Assembly: GCF_900289195.1 (NCBI RefSeq)
Contig: NZ_OMOH01000008.1
Span: forward strand, 78,884 to 110,883
DNA from: Propionibacterium ruminifibrarum
GTDB taxonomy: Bacteria > Actinomycetota > Actinomycetes > Propionibacteriales > Propionibacteriaceae
DNA: 32,000 nucleotides
Reading direction: 5' to 3'
The notes under the pieces were generated by a model that saw nothing but the letters and a program-made list of their open reading frames with translations, searched no databases and had not been told where the DNA came from. Made by a program: the position numbers and the translations under genes. This document shows, piece after piece, positions 26,226 to 32,000 of the stretch (within the stretch, counting starts at the first letter, position 1; every line of letters begins with the position of its first letter).

Positions 26226-26264
26226 CAATAATTATTGGAATCTAGCTAGACATATCTAGAATCT
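26226..26264. promoter_or_regulatory. Cluster of AT-rich perfect palindromes in the AKR / aldolase divergent spacer
   Basis: CAATAATTATTG lies at 26226-26237, TCTAGCTAGA at 26241-26250 and TCTAGA at 26255-26260. ATCTAG repeats flank them. Confidence 0.45.
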
Positions 26265-26478
26265 GGTAGGGCGAGTGTCCGGAAACTGCCGGACCGCCGC
26301 CGGCCGCACAGGCCCGGCCGGCCCGACCCAGGACCCGCCCCCAGTGAACAGGTGGTCATTTTCGACCGCGCGAAGCCTGCTGGCTGGAGGGCTTTCTCAC
26401 GTAGAGTTGTACTCATCGACGCCACGTATGACGTCGGCTCCAACGGCGGAGCCAGATCAACCGGCATGGAGGTCGACA

Positions 26479-27366
26479 ATGAACACGCAGCAACAAGAAC
26501 GCATGGGCAAGGGCAAGGGCTTCATCGCGGCACTCGACCAGTCTGGTGGTTCCACCCCCAGGGCACTGCGGCTCTACGGCATCGACGAGGACGCCTGGAG
26601 CACCGAGGAGGAGATGTTCGACCTTGTCCACCAGATGCGTACGCGCATCATGACGAGCCCCTCGTTCACCAGTGAGCACATCCTCGCCGCGATCCTGTTC
26701 GAGCGCACCATGGAGAACTCCGTCGAGTCACTGCCGACAGCCCAGTACCTGTGGGAGCGCAAGGGCATCGTGCCGATCCTCAAGGTGGACAAGGGGTTGC
26801 TCGAGGAGGCCGACGGCGTACGGCTCATGAAGCCGATGCCGGACCTCGACGACCTGCTCGATCGGGCGGTGGCCAACGGCATCTTCGGTACGAAGATGCG
26901 CTCGGTGATCGCCGGTTGCAACGAGGCCGGCATCAAGGCCATCGTCGCCCAGCAGTACGAGATCGCCCAGCAGATCCTGGCCAAGGGGCTGGTGCCCATC
27001 ATCGAACCCGAGACAGACATCCACGCAGAGGACCGCGAGGCGGCCGAGGAGATCCTGCACGCGGAGTTGAAGGTCCACCTCGATGATCTGGCCGAGGGCC
27101 AGCAGGTGATGTTCAAGCTGACCATCCCCGTCAAGGACAACCTCTACGCCGACCTCATCGCCGACCCGCGCGTCCTGCGCGTCGTGGCCCTGTCGGGTGG
27201 GTTCACCCGGCAGGAGGCCTGTGAGCGCCTGGCACGCAACACCGGGATGAGTGCCAGCTTCTCAAGGGCGCTGACCGAGGGCCTTTCGGTGAATGACACG
27301 CCGGAGGAGTTCGACGCGAAGCTCAAGGCGTCCATCGAGGAGATCGCCGCCGCCTCGGCGACGTGA
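26479..27366 (+). CDS. Fructose-bisphosphate aldolase, class I (Fda-type)
   Basis: ATG at 26479 has GGAGG 6 nt upstream. The sequence GKGFIAALDQSGGSTPRALRLYGI...ILFERTM...VPILKVDKGL belongs to a 295-aa protein. The track start at 26275 is an over-extension. Confidence 0.88.
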   Translation: MNTQQQERMGKGKGFIAALDQSGGSTPRALRLYGIDEDAWSTEEEMFDLVHQMRTRIMTSPSFTSEHILAAILFERTMENSVESLPTAQYLWERKGIVPILKVDKGLLEEADGVRLMKPMPDLDDLLDRAVANGIFGTKMRSVIAGCNEAGIKAIVAQQYEIAQQILAKGLVPIIEPETDIHAEDREAAEEILHAELKVHLDDLAEGQQVMFKLTIPVKDNLYADLIADPRVLRVVALSGGFTRQEACERLARNTGMSASFSRALTEGLSVNDTPEEFDAKLKASIEEIAAASAT

Positions 27367-27397
27367 CCCTGGGGCACGACCGAATGGTCAAACGCAT

Positions 27398-27432
27398 GGC
27401 GGTGAGGGGGCCGGATCAGCCCCCTCACCGCC
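27398..27432 (+). terminator. Perfect 14-bp-stem hairpin after the aldolase gene
   Basis: GGCGGTGAGGGGGC-cggatca-GCCCCCTCACCGCC lies 32 nt after the stop codon. Confidence 0.7.
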
Positions 27433-27635
27433 GTTCTCCTGCCCGGGATGGTCTTTCCCCGGTACCTGGTTGCCTTGGTGCGGCAGGGTCGCCCTCGACT
27501 TCCCACGCGCCGGGGGCCATGTTCGAAGCCGGTCACTGGGACGGGGCGACGGGCCTCCTGCCTGCCATTCGATCTGTTGAGGAGCTGCCTGTGGACAACT
27601 GACGAGCAGGAGCCGTCCCGGCCACACTTCCCGGT

Positions 27636-28254
27636 GTGCACGGGCGGTTGGAGCAGATCCTCGCCGGCCACGGCGTGGTCGAGCATTGCGCCTGGCCCGG
27701 GCTGCGCGGGGCGATCGGCGGCGCATTGGGTCGCGGCGAGCTTGAACGTGTACTCCCCGGCTGCTATGAGGAGGCAGGCGCCTCGGCCGACTGGCGACGA
27801 CGGGCCTGGTGGCCTGCGCGCACTTCGATGACGCAGTCATCAGCGGTGCGGCCGCTGCCGCTTTCCACGACCTCGGCCCGCGGCCCGGGGGACCGCTGTT
27901 CGCAGGGCGCTGCTCACCGACTCCCGAGATGAACCCTGGAGAGAGGGCGAACGGCTGCTGCACAGGTTGCTGCGGTCCGCCGGCCTCACCGGCTGGCGAA
28001 CCAATGTGGCGGTGTGCGGTTTCCACCTCGACGTCGCCTGGGTCCGGTTCAGGGTCGCCGTCGAGGTGGACGGTTACGAGTTCCACTCCGGCAGTGCGAC
28101 CTTCGAGTCCGACAGGCTGCGTGACCAGCAGTTGCAGGCGCAGGGCTGGGCCGTTGTGCGGGTCACCTGGTGTCAACTCGACGAGAATCCCGAGAAGGTG
28201 ATCACCACGGTGCGTCGCATCCTGAGGCGCCATGGCTGGGCATGCCAAAACTGA
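27636..28254 (+). pseudogene. Decayed DUF559 / Vsr-like endonuclease-domain gene with an AbiEi-like N-terminal region (at least 2 frameshifts, probable internal deletion)
   Basis: The homologous protein is split over three frames. Frame 0 from 27636 reads HGRLEQILAGHGVV...GELERVLPGCYEEAG..DWRRRA. Frame 2 from about 27806 reads LVACAHFDDAVISGAAAAAFHDLGP. Frame 1 to 28254 reads EGERLLHRLLRSAGLTGWRTNVAVCGFHLDVAWVRFRVAVEVDGYEFH...VVRVTW. Confidence 0.7.
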
Positions 28255-28313
28255 CGCAATATGGCTGATTCAGCCCATTTCGGGTCGAGAACCGCCACAT
28301 CGTGTTGAGAAAG

Positions 28314-28343
28314 GCATGCCCGTGCCGTAGTCCTCGGGCATGC
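28314..28343. terminator. Hairpin between the convergent pseudogene and the L,D-transpeptidase gene
   Basis: The hairpin is GCATGCCCG-tgccgtagtcct-CGGGCATGC. Confidence 0.45.
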
Positions 28344-28366
28344 TGCCCAGCGTGCGCAGGCCCGGG

Positions 28367-29596
28367 TCAGGCCACCGCGCTCTGCTTCTGCCAGCTCTGC
28401 CAGTCGAAGGTCCAACAGCCGATGCCGTCGCCGGGTTCGAAGGCCAGCTGCGTACCACCGGCAGTGGTCCCGTTGTAGACGACAGGGTCGCCGATGTGGG
28501 TGACCGTCATGAGCCATGCGGCGTCATCGGGGCTGAGGTTGGTGCAGCCGTGGCTGGTGGCCGTGACGCCCTGGGAGCCGACGGACCAGCTTGCCGAGTG
28601 CAGGAACTCGCCGCTCCAGGTGATGCGCTGGCAGTTGGGAACCTCGAGTTTGTAGCCATCGGCCGACTCGGCCGGCACGCCATAGGTGGACGAGTCCATG
28701 GTGAAGGTGTCGTACTTCTGCATGATCACCTTGGTGCCGGTGTAGGTCTCGTGTCCGATCTTTCCGGTGCTCACCGGGCAGGTGCGCAGCAGCGAGCCGT
28801 CCTGGTAGACCTCCATCTGCTGGGTCTGGAGGTCACAGACCAGTTCGACCTTGGAGCCGGCGATGCTGATCGAGTAGTCGGTGTCGTCGGCGAGGTACTG
28901 CCAGTCGCTGACCTTGACACCGGCGAAGGCCAGGTGGACGTCGACGGTGGTGCCCGGGGTCCAGTACTCCTTCGGCCGCCACATGAGGATGCGGTTCTCG
29001 ACCCAGCCCCATGAGCCGGGCTGCTCCGGGGTGACGGTGACACGGGCCTGCTTCTCGATGGCCGCTCGGTGCTCGGCCTCGTCGATCGTGTCCGAGAACT
29101 GGATGTAGACGGGCATCGCCACGCCGAGGTCGTCGTAGGCGTAGACGGGCTCATAGACGAGTGTGTCCACGTACGCGGTGGTGATCTGCTGGGTGAGGGT
29201 CGTCTCCTGGTTCTGCAGGTTCATGACCTGCACGGAGACCGTGTACTCGGTCTCGGGCCAGAAGGTGCGATCGGGGGTCCAGGTGTCGCCGTCCAGCGAG
29301 CCGGTGTAGGCGTCGCCGTCCGGGCCGGTGGCCTTGACCGAGATGGCGGTGCCATTGGTGACGGTGACGGTGAGCGTGTCGTCGGGCAGGACCGCATCGG
29401 TGCCGTGGGCGCTGGTGATGGTGACGCTGGGGGACTCGGTGCTCGTCGGTGAGCTGGTGGCCCCCGAACGATCATTGGAGGGGTTGTCGGGGTCGCTGGC
29501 GCAGGCCGCCAGGCCGATGGCACCTGCACTGGCAGCCGCCGCGGCGATGACTCCACGACGGGTGAGGCGCGGGTCGATGTGCTCGATGGTGGGCAT
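28367..29596 (-). CDS. L,D-transpeptidase lipoprotein (YkuD domain, LdtMt2-like architecture)
   Basis: The internal ATG at 29596 (GGAG 6 nt upstream) gives MPTIEHIDPRLTRRGVIAAAAASAGAIGLAAC, a Tat-like signal plus lipobox. Ig-like repeats and the catalytic HSASW...SHGCTN motif follow. Confidence 0.88.
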   Translation of the reverse strand: MPTIEHIDPRLTRRGVIAAAAASAGAIGLAACASDPDNPSNDRSGATSSPTSTESPSVTITSAHGTDAVLPDDTLTVTVTNGTAISVKATGPDGDAYTGSLDGDTWTPDRTFWPETEYTVSVQVMNLQNQETTLTQQITTAYVDTLVYEPVYAYDDLGVAMPVYIQFSDTIDEAEHRAAIEKQARVTVTPEQPGSWGWVENRILMWRPKEYWTPGTTVDVHLAFAGVKVSDWQYLADDTDYSISIAGSKVELVCDLQTQQMEVYQDGSLLRTCPVSTGKIGHETYTGTKVIMQKYDTFTMDSSTYGVPAESADGYKLEVPNCQRITWSGEFLHSASWSVGSQGVTATSHGCTNLSPDDAAWLMTVTHIGDPVVYNGTTAGGTQLAFEPGDGIGCWTFDWQSWQKQSAVA

Positions 29597-29827
29597 CCGG
29601 ACTCCGAATCGGTGACGTTTTCGCGCCCACCCGCACAGTGGTGGGGTGGGCACCATGCGCACAGGAAAGCCCAGGCGCATCGTCAGCGATGATAACCCGC
29701 TGATATGTCAAAGAAGTCGTGTCCACGCTTTGCTTATTTAATGTTCATCTACAAGGGGGGATTCACGCGGAGCGGGAAGGCCTTCCTCAGCAAAAAATCA
29801 GTACATTTAAAGGATCCGTCGAGCGCC

Positions 29828-30520
29828 TCAGGTCGCGGAGGGTTTCGCCGGGGCACCGGGGAGGGGACGGGACACCCAGCGTTGCCCCGCTGGTTCGAGG
29901 CGCGCCGTTCCCGAGGTGAGCCAGGCGACCCTACGGGTGGTTTCCTCGGCGCCGCCGGCCTCGCAGGCGATGCGCACGACAGGGCTCGACGGATCGGTCC
30001 AGATGGTCTCCAGCACGTCCAGGCCGTCTGCGCGCAGCACTGCCTCGAGCCGGCCCGCGTCGGATGGGGGCAGGTGGGCGTCGAGCAGGGTACGTCGCTC
30101 GTGCAGGAGCATGGGGGTCCCTCGCAGTGCCTGGGTGACGGTGCCGCCGTAGGCCCGGGTCAGTCCTCCGGCACCCAGCTTGATGCCGCCGAAATAGCGC
30201 ACGACGACCGCCAGGACGTTCGACAGGTCGGCCCGCCCGGTCGCGGTGACATGGCTGGACAGCGCCTGCATGATCGGCACCCCGGCCGTACCGGCCGGCT
30301 CCCCGTCGTCGCTGGAGTGGGCACTGTCGCGCCCGGCCCCGAGAAGATAGGCGCTGCAGCAGTGGCGGGCGTCGTGGAACTCGCGGCGCAGCTCACTCAG
30401 ATGGGCCCGGGCCTGTGCGTCGTCCTCCACGGGGGCGATGCACGCGATGAACCGCGAACGCTTGATCTCGACCTCGTGACGGCTGGGGCCGACGGGGGAG
30501 ACGTAGCGGTCGGCAGGCAT
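29828..30520 (-). CDS. yigZ: YigZ / IMPACT-family (UPF0029) protein
   Basis: The sequence shows EIKRSRFIA, HCCSAY, DDGEPAGTAGVPI and VVVRYFGGIKLGAGGLTRAYG. Confidence 0.85.
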   Translation of the reverse strand: MPADRYVSPVGPSRHEVEIKRSRFIACIAPVEDDAQARAHLSELRREFHDARHCCSAYLLGAGRDSAHSSDDGEPAGTAGVPIMQALSSHVTATGRADLSNVLAVVVRYFGGIKLGAGGLTRAYGGTVTQALRGTPMLLHERRTLLDAHLPPSDAGRLEAVLRADGLDVLETIWTDPSSPVVRIACEAGGAEETTRRVAWLTSGTARLEPAGQRWVSRPLPGAPAKPSAT

Positions 30521-30581
30521 GGACCCATCCTGCCACCGGCGGGTATCGACTCATGGAGCGGTGCGTGGTTAGCGTGAGGGC

Positions 30582-31091
30582 ATGAACGAAATGACCCCTC
30601 TTCTCACCGAGCGATGGAGCCCACGGGGTTTCGATCCGACCCACGTGGTGTCCGCAGAACAGATCGATCGCATGCTCGAGGCGGCCCGGTGGGCGCCGTC
30701 GGCCATGAACCGCCAACCCTGGGCCTTCGTCGTGGGGCGCCGGGGAGAACCCGTGTACGAACGTCTCGAGAAACTGGCCCGGGGCGCCTCGGACTGGGCC
30801 CTGGGCGCTTCGGCACTCGTCCTGGCCGCCTATCGCAGCGCGGGCAGTGACCCCGACTACGCGCTGTACGACCTGGGCGGGGCGGTGGCCCACATGAGCG
30901 TCCAGGCCGAGGCCATGGGGCTGCACGCGCGCCAGTTCGCCAGCTACGACCACGAAGGTGCACGCACCGAATTCGGCATCGGCCAGGAATGGACACCCGT
31001 CACCATGCTCGCCGTGGGTATCGCGGCACCGGGACTGCACCCCGACGGACGGGAACGCAAGAGCGTGGCAGAGCTCACGCCCTGGCAGTGA
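30582..31091 (+). CDS. Nitroreductase family protein
   Basis: The sequence shows RWSPRGFDP...AARWAPSAMNRQPWAFVV and is 169 aa. Confidence 0.8.
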   Translation: MNEMTPLLTERWSPRGFDPTHVVSAEQIDRMLEAARWAPSAMNRQPWAFVVGRRGEPVYERLEKLARGASDWALGASALVLAAYRSAGSDPDYALYDLGGAVAHMSVQAEAMGLHARQFASYDHEGARTEFGIGQEWTPVTMLAVGIAAPGLHPDGRERKSVAELTPWQ

Positions 31092-31211
31092 CCCGGTACC
31101 GTCCGGCCAGGCGGCGCCATGCCGGTGGCGGTTCCTCGCGCGCCCGGTGCGGCACGAGGCCGGCTGGGTTTCTGCGCCCACGACACCATCCGGCGAGGCC
31201 GTGGACGACCG

Positions 31212-31243
31212 GGTGGCGGGCCGGCGCGCACCGGCCCGCCACC
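31212..31243. terminator. Perfect 13-bp-stem hairpin between convergent genes (bidirectional terminator candidate)
   Basis: The hairpin is GGTGGCGGGCCGG-cgcgca-CCGGCCCGCCACC. Confidence 0.6.
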
Positions 31244-31257
31244 GCTGATCCGGAACC

Positions 31258-32000
31258 TTAGATGTTGTACTGGTACAGCCCGTAGTTCGCCATGATGTTG
31301 ATCACCTTCTGCGCGTAGTTCGGATCCGTCGCGTAACCGGCCGAGGCGACCTGGCGGATGAACTCGTCCGGGTTACCGGTGTAGTTGAAGGCGTTCCGGT
31401 AACGGCTGTTGTGCGTCAGGAAGTAGCCGTGATCCAGGAACGAGTTGGTCGGCGAGCTGTAGGTGCGGAAACTGCTCGACAGGATCTGGTAGCTCGAGTT
31501 GACGTACTCGCCGCTGTTCATGTTGACGCAGCCGGCCTGGTAGGGGCTCGAGGTGCTGCACTTGATGCCGAAGTAGTTGTTGTACCGGCTCGACAGGGTG
31601 CTCCCTCCCCATCCCGACTCGAGGATCGACTGCCCCAGCGCGACCGAGACGGGTACGCCGTACTGCTGCGACTCGGCGATGGCCGCAGGGAGTGCTGACT
31701 GCAGGTAATTCCTCTGGGCCGAGGTCATGCCTGAGTTGTTCACGGTGACCACCTTCGTCGCATTGGTCGATGAGGTCCAATAAATGGCACCGCCCTCGAA
31801 GAGCTGATAGACGCCTGTCGCGGTGGCCAGTTCATCACTCGTCGGGTACCCGAGGGGCCCGTTCTCGTAGCCGGTGGCGGCCCAAGCCGAGCGGATGGCG
31901 CCGATGCTGATGTGGGCTCCGGTTTTCTGGGTCCAGAGGATGGCTCCGCCCTGGTATTTCTGGTAGCAGCCGCCGTCTTTGATGGTGCAGATCTCGTCGG
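31258..32000 (-). CDS. Secreted cell-wall hydrolase: LGFP repeats followed by a C-terminal mannosyl-glycoprotein endo-beta-N-acetylglucosaminidase domain (5' end outside the window)
   Basis: The track ORF 31258..31752 is the glucosaminidase domain (AQSILESGWGGSTLSSRYNNYFGIK...YATDPNYAQKV). The same frame stays open to 32000. My hand translation gives ...DGGCYQKYQGGAILWTQKTGAHISIGAIRSAWAATGYENGPLGYPTSDELATATGVYQLFEGGAIYWTSSTNA, which is LGFP-type repeat sequence. Confidence 0.8.
   Translation of the reverse strand, partial: DEICTIKDGGCYQKYQGGAILWTQKTGAHISIGAIRSAWAATGYENGPLGYPTSDELATATGVYQLFEGGAIYWTSSTNATKVVTVNNSGMTSAQRNYLQSALPAAIAESQQYGVPVSVALGQSILESGWGGSTLSSRYNNYFGIKCSTSSPYQAGCVNMNSGEYVNSSYQILSSSFRTYSSPTNSFLDHGYFLTHNSRYRNAFNYTGNPDEFIRQVASAGYATDPNYAQKVINIMANYGLYQYNI

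Noticed and set aside
22139-26259. Plus-strand ORFs 22139..23308, 23460..25217 and 25150..26259
   Set aside because: They lie antisense to cca, the MscS gene and the aldo/keto reductase respectively, and no recognisable domains are present.
27467-27560. GTTCGAAGCC string (about 27521-27530) checked as a possible tRNA T-loop
   Set aside because: The flanking sequence cannot form a T-arm or acceptor stem. I found no tRNA-like cloverleaf in any intergenic region of the window.
27388-28248. 286-aa minus-strand ORF
   Set aside because: It lies antisense to the DUF559-type pseudogene fragments, whose homology is recognisable. Its translation is Pro/Arg/Gly-rich with no features.
29775-29797. GGAAGGCCTTCC palindrome followed by A6, considered as the terminator of yigZ
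   Set aside because: On the minus-strand transcript the U-tract precedes rather than follows the stem, and no plus-strand gene runs into it. It is therefore not a canonical intrinsic terminator in either direction.
1-32000. Search for CRISPR arrays, IS elements, integrases, phage genes or toxin-antitoxin/defence operons
   Set aside because: I saw no regularly spaced repeats, terminal inverted repeats, or transposase/integrase-like ORFs. The window is conserved origin-proximal core apart from the one decayed DUF559-type gene.

Overview
This is a high-GC (roughly two-thirds G+C by eye) actinobacterial chromosome segment centred on the replication-origin neighbourhood. dnaA lies on the minus strand, divergent from the plus-strand string rpmH-rnpA-yidD-yidC-jag-rsmG-parA-parB. 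Two consensus parS sites sit in the parA 5' region. To the right is a long minus-strand block: an OsmC-family gene coupled to trxA, then trxB, a lone sugar-type solute-binding lipoprotein, a histidine phosphatase, an MviN-type pseudokinase, an Rv3909/DUF6049-like protein, a DHA2 MFS exporter, the CCA-adding enzyme, an MscS channel and an aldo/keto reductase. After that come a class I FBP aldolase, a decayed DUF559-type pseudogene, an L,D-transpeptidase, YigZ, a nitroreductase and a partial LGFP-repeat glucosaminidase. Left of dnaA lie an ohrR / bacterioferritin-like / ohr module and a partial ABC ATPase whose reading frame continues through about 460 proline-rich codons to the window edge. I found no rRNA, tRNA, CRISPR, transposase, integrase or obvious defence island, and I do not see a self-contained novel system. 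The observations most worth follow-up are: (1) an oriC-like DnaA-box cluster 3' of dnaA with no dnaN next to it; (2) an exact AT-rich 12-mer near-palindrome bracketing the par locus, one copy embedded in rsmG with rare codons; (3) a stand-alone pseudokinase plus DUF6049-like pair with no MurJ module; (4) a ferroxidase-degenerate bacterioferritin-like gene under an apparent OhrR operator. Many long ORFs in the track are antisense shadows typical of high-GC DNA and are rejected below.
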